64,000 bases of DNA, from the NCBI GenBank assembly GCA_002269645.1, contig NIVC01002665.1, forward strand, positions 1-64,000, written 5' to 3'. A program made the position numbers and the translations under genes. Shown here one piece after another: positions 53,739 through 64,000 of this stretch. How positions within the stretch are numbered: position 1 is the stretch's first letter; each line of letters opens with the position of its first letter. The stretch comes from Macrostomum lignano (Eukaryota). Below the pieces are notes generated by a model, which saw only the letters and a list, made by a program, of their open reading frames with translations, ran no database searches and was not told the DNA's origin.

Positions 53739-54742
53739 GTTATTATTACTATTATTATTAGTACTATTATTATTATTATTATCATAAATACAGGGGTACA
53801 TCTGTTCCCTAAGATTTTGTCCGCGTTGCCCCCCTAATACTTAGTCCTAACAAAGAGATTTAGGGGACAAAAAGAGATAATAAAGAGATTGTTCAATTAC
53901 TAAGCATGTGTCAGGAGACATCGAACATCAGACATCAAACTGCTCGAATATCAGGCGCTCAGGACGTGAGTTGTTTATTATTGATAGTAAAAACAGCAAC
54001 TTCTCACCTGCAGTCCGGGCTGCGAGTCGCAGAACACCAGAGTGATGATTCCATAGTCAGTGTGCTCTCCGCACCTGTCTCCAAAGACTGTGCCGTCAGT
54101 CACCGGTGGCAGCGGCGGGTAGTGCAGCATGCGCAGCTCGCTGGTGTTGCCGGGCGTGGCGAATCCCGCGAAGGCGTCGGCCAGCTGGTCGGGAGGGCTG
54201 AGGCCGAGGCCCCGGCCGATCAGACGCACAAGGCGCAGCGTCAGGTCCTGCGGGGATCGTCGGGAAAATAGCTGCAGCTGAGTAGTGAATAACGGGGAAT
54301 AATGGTGACTGTATCAGACTCAACTTACCTGAGCCGCGCTGATGAGGTCCAGCGAAGCCTTCCGGAACGACTCCGAGGGCCAGACGGTGTCGTCACAGGT
54401 GTGGCACACGTCCAGCACCTCCTTCTCGTCTGGCGGAGCGTCGAGGCTGAACCGCTCGACGGGAGGCTCGTCCGGGTCGCTGGTGCTGGCCCAGTGAGGC
54501 GGGATGTAGCCGCAGGTCGACTTGCGCCAGTCACGACGGTGCCGCAGCTTCTCGGACAGCGGACGCTCGAAGAAGCCGGCCGACTCGGTGAAGGCGGACG
54601 CCACCGTCTCCTGCGGGACGCCGTGGCCGACCGCGTAGCAGAAGCCGACTGTGGTGAGCGCCGACACCAGCTGCTCAGCAACCACGGCCTCCGACTGCTG
54701 CGACATGTCGATCTCGGGAATCTCCTCAGTTTCAGCTGGCAT
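52955..54742 (-). CDS. 2-oxoglutarate/Fe(II) dioxygenase, IPNS-like, copy B, 327 aa
   Basis: join(complement 54742..54329, 54247..54008, 53284..52955); same exon sizes (414/240/330) and catalytic motifs as copy A. Confidence 0.92.
53433..53783 (+). mobile_element. tRNA-derived CORE-type SINE family A, in intron 2 of dioxygenase copy B, with a long (ATT)n tail
   Basis: Matches the reverse complement of 23331-23630, apart from a deletion of about 35 bp; tail 53686-53783. Confidence 0.85.
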
Positions 54743-54877
54743 TACACTGCGATTCGCAAGTCTGTGGGTTAATCGGGTGTTCCGCGTGTCTGCTTGTGCA
54801 GGGCCGCTGTTAAAAAGGCTGAGAAAGAGAGGGAATGTTTGGTTAGCTGGATAGAAGGGTAGAGAATGGCCGGCATT

Positions 54878-55240
54878 CAGGGGGCCGTAGCCCAGCGGTA
54901 GCGCAGCTGCTCTGGTGTGCCGCGACCCAGGCTCGATTCCAAGTGCAGCCACATTAATTTGGGGCTGGATTGGAATCTTGGCTTGGCTCGCTTGTGCAAT
55001 TAACGGCCTTGAGAGCCAACCCCCCCAAGGCGCAGTGAAGTGTACATGCCTAACAATTGATAAAGTTAGGGCCGCTGTACACTCCTGTGTGAGTGTGTGC
55101 CTGCGTAACGTATCCGCGCGCTTGTATGCCTGCTCAGGGGAGTCGGCGGAATGGGCAGTAATGCCTCTCGCCGGTTGTGTGCCTATGACGCTTAAATTGC
55201 GCCAGGGTGCACACAACCCCCCTGCCTCTAATAAAAATAA
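54878..55240 (+). mobile_element. Full-length tRNA-derived SINE family B with 13-bp TSD
   Basis: A-box TAGCCCAGCGG, B-box GGCTCGATTCC, A-rich end TAATAAAAATAA; TSD AATGGCCGGCATT at 54865-54877 and 55241-55253. Confidence 0.85.
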
Positions 55241-57179
55241 AATGGCCGGCATTTGACACTGCCTGAATCAACAGATGTACATGAGTCTCCTTGCTCGGGA
55301 TAAATGTGCGTAGTGACTTGGTGTTTACTCAGTTTTCAACACCTCAACGCTAGAGCCACCGAAGCATATTGTTTCTTATCTTAATAGTTTGCGAAATTTT
55401 TGATACTCGTCTTATCTTATCGTCTTACTGCTGCTTGACTTGTAAACTTGCATTGCTTAAATCAAGTTTGCAAATTTATGACGCATTTAAGGGCCGGTTC
55501 ATAACATTATTGACAATAGCTGACTCAATGTACAGTTGGTTTGGACACATTTTAAAACTGATTTGAGCAATCTTTGGCCTAACAAGCGGAGCTAACGAGT
55601 ATTATATTATGTTATACTGTGTGTTGGAATCGTTGGATCAGCATGATCTACGAGTACTTTAACATGCGAAAGTTGACTCTTTGAGGTTGTTGACATGTTC
55701 CGTCATCCCTGTACTGTTTTTTATAGTTAGGTTTCAAATTTTGGGTCAAAGGCCTCGTACTAACTACAAGGAGGCTTTTCATATTACCGATTCCAGAATC
55801 AGAATCGGTTCGGATCTTCCAAGAAAAACAGCAGTATAACTATTTAATTCTGTTGAATGTTTGACTGCCTTAACAGTCGCACTTTGCACAATTTTTCACT
55901 TTCTTCTTGGCGATTGTCATTCAATAATAAAAACTTTATAGCACGTATCTCCCTCTAGTTATGGAGACAAAAAGTTATACTTCACAAATTGGTTCTGGTT
56001 CTGGACAAGCAATATGAAAAGGCCCAAGGTAAGCGTGGCTTTTGAAAAGATTACCGCCTGAACTATGAAGGAAATATCTTTATATCTGATATTACTAATT
56101 TAAGTAGTATGCTTAGGAATATTTTTGTGTAGAAAATAAATAACATATATACTCGTACATACGATTGTGACGTTTTATGCTATTTTGTGTCAATTCAATT
56201 AATAACTTGCATTGTTTCTCAAATAAACGACAGTTGTAGCATTGACACCAACTCCATGCACCGTTTTCTGAAGTACATTTGCCTTATATTTCTGGTTGTC
56301 TCTTCCATGCATATGTTTGCTAGACACTAAAGTGCCATTCAGACACGGCAAGGTAAATACTGAATTTAAGTGCTGGACAAAACAATAGTTCGATTGAATT
56401 GACCAATTAGCACACACTATGGCTAATCAATTCATTAGCGAATGACTACTGATGAACGCGAGACTGTAATGCCTCCTCGACAGACGATACTCGTAAAAAG
56501 TACTCTCTAGCTTTATAAAGCAAGGCTTTGTGCTTTTCGAGAGGTCTTTGGCACTTTAGCATCTGTTTCTGTGCGAGCAGCGAGCGGCAGCCAGAACTGG
56601 CTTTTCGTTGTTAGGCTTCGGTGGTTCTGAGAGGCATGTTTACTGTGGCAACACGCAACTGCCAATGCTGTCTGTTTAACCGGCCCGCGGTGTTTGCACT
56701 AGTTGCCATGCAGAATCTATGGCCTAGAGAGAAAATGCTCTCTCTTGTCTCGTCACTCTCTCTCGCTCCCTGTCTCTCTTTCTCTTCCGTTCTCGTCTCT
56801 CAGTTTCACCCTCTGGGTGGTAAGTCGTGCTCTCGCTCTCGGTTTTTCTGTTTGCCTTCAAGCACCTAAGCTGTGGGGAGCCGAGAGCTCAAGTGTGGCT
56901 CGGCAAAGTTGGCGAGAATTTTCGACCTAAACAACCGAGAGTTTTGTGTCTTCCTGTTCCTGAATTTCTGCTTAGATTGCAATTATGTTGCCGCAGAGTT
57001 GATAGTCAACAACAACAAAAAAGAAATACGCTGTCAGTTGGGGTCTTAAAATAGGAGCAGCAGGGCGCGGATTCCGGGCACCTTCCTGCACCAAATTATG
57101 TTGTTTGCCAGCTGGAGTCGCCGATGGCGCAACAGGTCGCTTGGGCCGACAGACGGACTGTCTTGCAGAGTCGCAGAGT

Positions 57180-57408
57180 TGAGAGTTAACTACTGTTGCA
57201 AGGTTAAGAGTTAGCTACTGTTGCAGAGTTAGCTACTGTTGCAGAGTTAGCTACTGTTGCAGAGTTAGCTACTGTTGCAGAGTTAGCTACTGTTGCAGAG
57301 TTAGCTACTGTTGCAGAGTTAGCTACTGTTGCAGAGTTAGCTACTGTTGCAGAGTTAGCTACTGTTGCAGAGTTAGCTACTGTTGCAGAGTTAGCTACTG
57401 TTGCAGAA
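57180..57408. repeat. 18-bp minisatellite AGAGTTAGCTACTGTTGC
   Basis: About 12 copies. Confidence 0.95.
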
Positions 57409-58874
57409 ATGAGTTCTCTTGAAGCAGGGAGAAGTTGCTGTCCTTGTCTCGAACTTAAAACTGGCTGTCAAACAGAACACTCGAACGACATTGAGGAGTC
57501 TCTGTGTCTCTAAGGAGTCTTCTGATTTGGTTGACTTCCACGCTGGTCTATCAGATTTTCAGAGAAAAATTTTTGTTCTACCCCTGGAGCCTGTTGCAGC
57601 CAGCACCAGTTAGTTTTGAATTATTTAAGCCGGTGCTGTCTGTTTTGAATTCAATTTCTCTTTGCAAGCACGACAGGAAGGAAGGAAGCGGCCCCTTCCC
57701 AAGCTTACATAGCGACATGATTTGTGCTTAGCAGCCGCATAAAGGAGTCTGTCTGCTCCATCAGCTGAGACAGCTTCCATGCTTCCATTGCCGGCGTTGG
57801 TTCAACATATTGGCAGGCTTTACTTTCCCTCCAATTTTGGCTGAGAAAACAGAGCCAGACTGTTTGCATAATGCTTATTCCTTACTTGCTCTGCAGCTGT
57901 ACCAATTATTAATTTTAACTACGACTAAAGCTTGGCACACCTTCACTACTGTATTCAAAGCAAGAGTTTGTAAGGATTAGAATTTGACCCAACAAAAACT
58001 TTGCTGCGCCGGAACGGAGCAACGCAGGCACACGGAATTCAAAACTTTTTGCTGCAAACTTTCTTAATCAATAATCAAGTCGCCAGCCCTCTGGAACGTC
58101 GAGATATTCAATGATTCTGCCAGAAGGTCGACAGCACTGCGCCTCAGTGCAGCCTTGCCAAGCCTCCAACTTTCATCAGCACGACGACCACATGCGTCTG
58201 CATCAGCTCTAACTTCGTTGGTCACTGGCCTTCACCCAGGCGGAGCTTCTGGACGTTCAACAGATGACACCAAGAGGCCATGGACATTTCTCTATTCACC
58301 ATTAGACTAAGAACTGACCTCACCATGCAATTTCTTTTTTTCCATCAATTCGGTTTATTTCACGAACATTATACTCAAATTGCCCAAATTGCTGGCAGTT
58401 AAAACCAGATTTATTTCTGTTGTCTATGGCTTTCTATGGTGTGCCTGTATAAAATATTTGCCACTCTGGCCACGCTGCCACGCTGACGGCCGCGCACCAA
58501 TTTGAATGAAGTAAAGAGTAGTTGATTTAGATCGTGCACTCATAATCCGAGCACCCTCCCCCCCCCCCCTCTAAAGGAAGCCAATCTATCGAGGTAGCAG
58601 CAATGAGACTCTGTCGGGCTGGCTGTATGCCTCATCATGCAAGGAACGTCCTTAAAAGCAAACAGCCTAACAAAAGGTAGAAATATAGTCAACGGAAACG
58701 TATAGAATCAATAGTAGAAGCTGCAGGTGTATTGTGCGATAAGACAATAGCAGAAAATTTCGTTTTTAATTCTAGTCGGATAATTTTTCCCTTTTTATCC
58801 TAAAATAGTAAATTTCCTAGGCATTGTTTGAAAATTTAAGAGCAATATGGCTCTTAGTGATAGTCCATGTTGGT

Positions 58875-59015
58875 CTATCAGTTAGTCTATGGCATTAGAA
58901 ATTAGCATTATCAGTTAGTCTATGGCATTAGCAATTAGCATTATCAGTTAGTCTATGGCATTAGCAATTAGCATTATCAGTTAGTCTATGGCATTAGCAA
59001 TTAGCATTATCAGTT
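58875..59015. repeat. 33-bp tandem repeat TATCAGTTAGTCTATGGCATTAGCAATTAGCAT, 3-4 copies
   Basis: Direct reading. Confidence 0.9.
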
Positions 59016-60987
59016 ATCATAGCAGTATCGCGTCTCTATTCTGCAGTCGAGACCCGTCCACATACCTGTTTACTATAGGTGTGAATTAGCAGTACCTTCA
59101 GTTTCGTAAATTTTCGACCCAGCACGCGACCCGCTGCGTTACAGTAAGGCTAATTTGTTTTATTAATTAGATTCGGCAGCTAAAGCTCGAATAGCTACTG
59201 CAAAATCGCAAACCCCGCGTGAGGCCTGTCTGAGAGGGGAGAGACAAATAAGTATGCGAGGGTGACGTCAAGAGCGCAGACTCGAAGCTCCAGAGACAAC
59301 AAAAAAGGCGATGATGTAGGAGCAAAAGATAAAGCTTACGTGTCAATTGTGACTGGTTGCACTAGGCACTACTGGCTTAGTCGAGCCCAGCCGCCACTTG
59401 GGCAGGTCTCGCAGTGCTGCAGCACTTTTTGCCCGCTAGCATCACTCTTCTAGTGAGTTCTGAATTGCTGCGAGACGCGAGTCACAAGCGACCCGCGTGA
59501 ATAGACTGCCTGCCTGCCTATTCCCGATTGAACTATAAATGCCCTTGTTATGCCTACTTTGGCTGCTCTGCCAGAGCTTGAAACAGAAATTAAAAGACTG
59601 TTCAGCTCCATGCAGACAAAAAGGCTGAAAATTAGCAGCTAAAAGCAGGCATTGCTCGATTGAGTCTTTTTTAGCTGTCAATCTACTGCGTCGGGTGGGA
59701 AATTTTCTATAACATTAAAAGTAGCCTTTCTTACACTTGCTCAAAACTGACTGCAGGGAATGCGAAATAGGGCTGCATGGAGCAGTGAGAAAGAGCTCAG
59801 CTGTTCCCATGCTATGCGTCCTACCTCTTTGACGCCTCCACGCGCACAAAAAGTCCTCAGGCATGTAGCTTAAGACCATTGAACTCCAGCAACCTAAGCA
59901 CCCGCATTGGGGCTTGGTATGGTGGCTTTTCTCTATTCTCTCATTCTCTATAGTATCTTCAGAATATAAAGACTCAATTTTTTGCTTAGACACACTTGAA
60001 GTGCTGCATGCGGGGTTGAATTTCAATTTGAAGCGGTTCATTCATCATCCGAGATGCACAGACGCTGGGTGTTATGGAACGCTAGGCGTTACTATGCGAG
60101 CTAAAAACCTTAAATTATGACCAAGAGTTAAAGCTGAAAAGGAATTTCGTCTGGTCATTGAGCACTGTTCTGACCAGGAAGATCGGTCGCTTCATTCCGG
60201 AGAAGCGTGCAAGCGACGTGGCTTTGCAAAGTTTATTAAAGAGCCTCAGTGAAAAAAGTGCAAAAATAGTTGGGGATCCGGGATACACTAATTTCATATC
60301 TGAATAAGTACGGCTTCTGTAGCCTTGAGGAATTCTGCAGAAAGCACAGGAACAGCGGAAAATAATCAGGCAATTATAGCCGTCTTCTGTCAGCGTAGAA
60401 GCAATAGAAATGCAAAACACGCAGAAACGAACCAGTTTTTATGCAACACATGGAAGAACGGATTTTTTCATTTCAAGTATTCTTTCGCAAAAAGTCTGTT
60501 CAAGTATACAAGGCTTAAGTGCAAGAAAATGTATTAAAGTATGCATCTTTTAGTTTTCGATGTCCTTAGTCGATGCCTACTCAGTCTCCGACTTCCGGGC
60601 CTCCACACCGAATTCATCTTCTTTTTTACCCTGTTCTTGCCTCAATCTTAATGCATTAATTCTCGCACAAAAAATCCAGATCGATGCATCCATTCCCGCT
60701 TCTCAATCTGCTTAATTTTTGAAAAAGAGCAGTTCACCCACAAAAAAAGCGGTAGGCATCGCTATTCATATTACTATGTAACATAGTAAGACACTACATT
60801 GTACTCGCGGGAATCATTGCGACTAAAGCGTGCACTCTTAGCCTAAAGTACAGCTACTATTGATATAACATTGCTACACTGGGTGCAGCGGATTAGCAAA
60901 ATAAAATAACTATACTGTAACGCACCTGGCTACTGAGTGGGCAAAAAAGTAACTTATAAAGTGAAAAATAGCAGTCCAATTTCGTGC

Positions 60988-63318
60988 TCAGACGAAAGAA
61001 CCGCGCACTGGCGGCCAGATCTCCTCAGCGTCGCACACTGCCGCCGACTCGATGATGCGGCCCTCGTCCAACTCGCGCTGTCTGTGCTTGAGCAGCCGCT
61101 GCACTTCCTTCACAACAAACCGTTCGGAAGCCTTGACGTCCCGACAGGCGCTCTCGGTGGCTCGGTTGAACGGGAAAGCCAAGCGGAAGGCGCCGAACTG
61201 CTTCGGCGGTCGCTTCCAGTGCCGCGTGATCGGCAGGTCTCCGTAGGGACTACTCCGCGCCTTCCACTCAGCTTCTTGACGAAGTCGCTCCTGCTCGCCA
61301 GTGTCCAAAGCCTCCTGCACGTCCTGCTCCTGCTCTTGCTGCTTTTGCCGATGCTTGTCGCCGCTGCTGCCGATCCGGCCGCTGCTGCGCAAGCGCCTTG
61401 CACTCTGAGGGACTCGGCGGGGTCCGCTGCCACCAAAGCCGCGCTGAGCCCCCACCCTCCTGGTCGCCTTGACCGAGTCCGAATCCGCCTCCGATTCGGC
61501 CGTCTCCGACTCCGTGTCGGCCGGCTCGCGCAGCGCGTGCGGATCCCGCTCAGTCAGGAGGCGCAGCCGGGACTCCTTGGCCAGAGGCGGCCGCTTAAAT
61601 GAGGCCAGAGGCGGCTTCGATGCCGCCCCCGGCGGTAGCGACGGAGTGAGCGAACTGAGACGCTGCTGGTTCTGCTGGCTACGCAGCAGGGCGGCTCTGT
61701 TGATGCGGACCGGCTGGCCGAGACTCTTTCGCCTAACGAGCTGCTGCTGCTTCTGCTGCTGCTGCTGCTGCTGGTCTTCCGTCTCGTCGACAGTGGAATC
61801 CGGCGCCACGCTGCTGGAACTTTCACCCTCATCTGGCGACGCTGGGGTTAGAATCGATGGCAAGTTCGGAATCGACCGGGACAGGCGCTGCATTTGTTGG
61901 TGCAGCTGCTGCTCCGACAGCTGCTTTTGGCGCGCTGATTTCTGCCGACTCCGTAGAAATTCCTCGAAGCCGCCGTAGGAGGACGCGTTGCGGCTGAGAC
62001 CCGGAATCGAGGCCTGCGATGACTCCGATGGGGCCTGCGTCAATTCCTCAATGGACTCAAGAAGACTGCAGCGGGACTCGCTGGCCCGCAGGCTGTCCGT
62101 GCGGGTGACGCCCCGAGACAGGTTGCCGCCCGACCGCTGTCTGCGCAGTGACTTTGCCGAGCTGTTGCCGCTGGCGATGCCGCTGTCCACGCTTTGCAGG
62201 CTGAGCCGCTTCTCCTTGCCGGCCGCCTGCCGGCCGCCACGGCTCTGCAGTTTGTCGGATTCAGTGAAGCACAGCAGGTCGAACACGCCGTTAAGCATCT
62301 CGCGCTTCACCTGAGCGTCCGCTGAACAGTCGATATTTAGAGCCGGACTGAAGTTTACTTCCAACAGCCAGGGTTTCAGCGCCGCATCCAGCAAGATGTC
62401 AAAGCCGTACAGCTCGTAGCAGTTGCCAGTGGATACGGTGGCCGATTTCGCCTGGGCCATCAGTGCGAGCACAATGATAGCCGTGACGCGCGCAAATATC
62501 AGACGGTCATTAACACCTTGACTGTACAGATAGTTTCTTAGATTGCTGAGACTCCATTTGCAGCCCTCGCCGATGCCCATCTTGGCGGAATCGTAGGACG
62601 GTCCGCTGACATTGATACTGGTATTGGTGATGTGGCTGTACACGTTACACAGGTTCTTTAGGTCGTACTTCTCTGTACCGAAGCGGACCAGACCCTCTCT
62701 GCAGATATAGACTATCAAAGGCTTGAATGAGACCACGACTGCGTAGAGTCGGAGGTCGAACTTGTACCCGCCGATGAGGTACGGGTTGGCAATGTACTCC
62801 TGTACGACTGACTTTTCGCTGTATCGCAGCTCGCCGATGTCGTTAAACACGAAGATGCCTCGGCCGCGGCTGAGGTCAGCCGGCTTAAATATCCAATAGT
62901 TGGCGGCTTTCTTCTCGCGATTCTCCGCGAACTTCTGCTGAAATTGTCGCTCTTCCCGGGGCATCAGGTACGTGCTGGGCACAAAGTCTATGGTCGCTTT
63001 GCCGAAGGTGCCCTGCAGAATTTTCATCTCTCGATGGAGGCCATCCTTCGTGGTGATCAGCGAGGTGCTCCCCATCTGGTGATGATTCAGCCGCTGCCAG
63101 CTCTGCAGCTTCTCGAAGTCCGAGGCGCGGAAGCGGCCGATCTTCCACCAGAGATTCCAGTCGTTGGGCCCGTGCTCGCTCGGGTCGAACTCCACCCAGT
63201 TGCGATCCTCGCAGACCTCGCGGACAATGTCCGGCACGCCGGCGCCCTCCGTCTGGAATCGGACAATTATGCGGCGCGCCTCGCTCTCCGTCGGCTCGGC
63301 AACAGACTGGTGCAACAT
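60988..63318 (-). CDS. TTLL2: Tubulin-tyrosine ligase-like protein, TTLL2-like (probable polyglutamylase), 776 aa, uninterrupted CDS
   Basis: TTL motifs WIFKPADLSRGRGI, QEYIANPYLIGGYKFDLRLY, GLVRFGTEKYDL, HITNTSIN, YELYGFDILLD, PWLLEVNFSPAL. The LSRGRGI and GCKWSL context is most like TTLL2 as I recall it. Long low-complexity Q/S/R C-terminal half. Confidence 0.85.
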   Translation of the reverse strand: MLHQSVAEPTESEARRIIVRFQTEGAGVPDIVREVCEDRNWVEFDPSEHGPNDWNLWWKIGRFRASDFEKLQSWQRLNHHQMGSTSLITTKDGLHREMKILQGTFGKATIDFVPSTYLMPREERQFQQKFAENREKKAANYWIFKPADLSRGRGIFVFNDIGELRYSEKSVVQEYIANPYLIGGYKFDLRLYAVVVSFKPLIVYICREGLVRFGTEKYDLKNLCNVYSHITNTSINVSGPSYDSAKMGIGEGCKWSLSNLRNYLYSQGVNDRLIFARVTAIIVLALMAQAKSATVSTGNCYELYGFDILLDAALKPWLLEVNFSPALNIDCSADAQVKREMLNGVFDLLCFTESDKLQSRGGRQAAGKEKRLSLQSVDSGIASGNSSAKSLRRQRSGGNLSRGVTRTDSLRASESRCSLLESIEELTQAPSESSQASIPGLSRNASSYGGFEEFLRSRQKSARQKQLSEQQLHQQMQRLSRSIPNLPSILTPASPDEGESSSSVAPDSTVDETEDQQQQQQQKQQQLVRRKSLGQPVRINRAALLRSQQNQQRLSSLTPSLPPGAASKPPLASFKRPPLAKESRLRLLTERDPHALREPADTESETAESEADSDSVKATRRVGAQRGFGGSGPRRVPQSARRLRSSGRIGSSGDKHRQKQQEQEQDVQEALDTGEQERLRQEAEWKARSSPYGDLPITRHWKRPPKQFGAFRLAFPFNRATESACRDVKASERFVVKEVQRLLKHRQRELDEGRIIESAAVCDAEEIWPPVRGSFV

Positions 63319-63353
63319 CGCGCTAGGACGTCGGCGCCTGGTTGCATCCGAAT

Positions 63354-63828
63354 CTGAGCAAGGGAAAGAATCCAGCCTGACTTTGGGTTAGCCTGCACTT
63401 GAAGTCAAACTGTTCTGGAACACGGTCCCAGAATGCATACTAAAACATTAAGTGCTTATCTCGTATAACATATCTGATACATTCTTACATTTCTCAGAAA
63501 ATGTGACATTCGAACATTTCTAAGAAACAAAGAGTCCAGTCTATTCACTTCTAGCGGTCCTGGGTTTAAATATCCTGTCAAAATTTTGATGTACATTCTA
63601 ACTTTGTTAATAAAATTTGCGCATTTTTCTTAAACATTTGATTTTTCATTGCGTCTCGTATATTAGAAGTCTTTCAAACTGGAATATTATTATTCCCACA
63701 CAGCCATTGAATAAAATGAGGCTCGGTTGAAGTCTGTGATGCCATTGGAAGTTTTTTTCGCTTGTCTAATCGTCTACTGCAAAAGCTGTTTTCGGAGAGA
63801 TAACAGGTTCCAAACTAATGAAACTCAC
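63354..63828 (-). other. Probable 5' UTR intron of the TTLL2-like gene
   Basis: Donor AG|GTGAGT at 63828 and acceptor TTTCCCTTGCTCAG ending at 63354; the upstream exon has TAA in the joining frame, so it is non-coding. Confidence 0.5.
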
Positions 63829-64000
63829 CTTATGGCTGCTCTTTTCTATAGGCGTTTTTAGATGGCTCAGCTACTGAATTTGGCAGTGTGTACTTCGGCT
63901 AATGTTGCTGTGCGATATGGCAATAATTACTCAACAGACCGCAGTAGCTGAACACAGTTGAGCACAGGCCACTCAGCGAGCAACGTACGATCGAGTCACT

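Noticed and set aside
53552-53785. Poly-Ile hydrophobic ORF
   Set aside because: Translation of the SINE (ATT)n tail.
50380-54742. Recent bacterial or fungal horizontal transfer, or contamination, for the IPNS-like genes
   Set aside because: Both copies have canonical spliceosomal introns and host SINEs, and the family occurs in invertebrates. Ancient transfer cannot be judged without a phylogeny.
54743-55252. N-terminal extension of dioxygenase B in the 310-aa ORF
   Set aside because: It runs through a SINE insertion; the paralogue comparison points to MPAETEE (54742) as the start.
60937-63391. Antisense and shifted-frame ORFs over TTLL2 (likewise over CWC22, PSMG2 and CCDC181)
   Set aside because: Shadow ORFs expected from GC-rich coding DNA; no independent motifs.

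Overview
Repeat-rich metazoan nuclear DNA with GC-rich spliced exons and GT-AG introns. The kb-scale (GACA)n arrays and dense minisatellites suggest a free-living flatworm such as Macrostomum, but this is inference and was not verified. Gene models supported by splice sites and reading frame: CWC22 (3 exons, -); PSMG2/PAC2 directly downstream on the same strand; a secreted Cys-rich orphan (+); a 200-aa neuropeptide prohormone (-) predicted to release 11 amidated peptides, mostly NMGSAMRFR-amide; a CCDC181-like gene (+); two tandem IPNS-like 2OG-Fe(II) dioxygenases (-); and a TTLL2-like tubulin ligase with an uninterrupted CDS (-). The first 21 kb holds scattered candidate exons of an unidentified + strand gene, separated by micro- and minisatellites. 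Two tRNA-derived SINE families (one with a MIR-like CORE domain), two hAT-type MITEs with 8-bp TSDs, a nested fold-back element and a 2.6-kb array of hairpin+CTAG units are also present. Top leads: (1) the Arg-amide (RFRamide) prohormone; (2) a PSMG2 ORF with no methionine at all, beginning at a phase-0 splice acceptor 379 bp behind CWC22, which fits an operon resolved by trans-splicing in which the spliced leader supplies the AUG. Most long ORFs in the supplied track are tandem-repeat artefacts.
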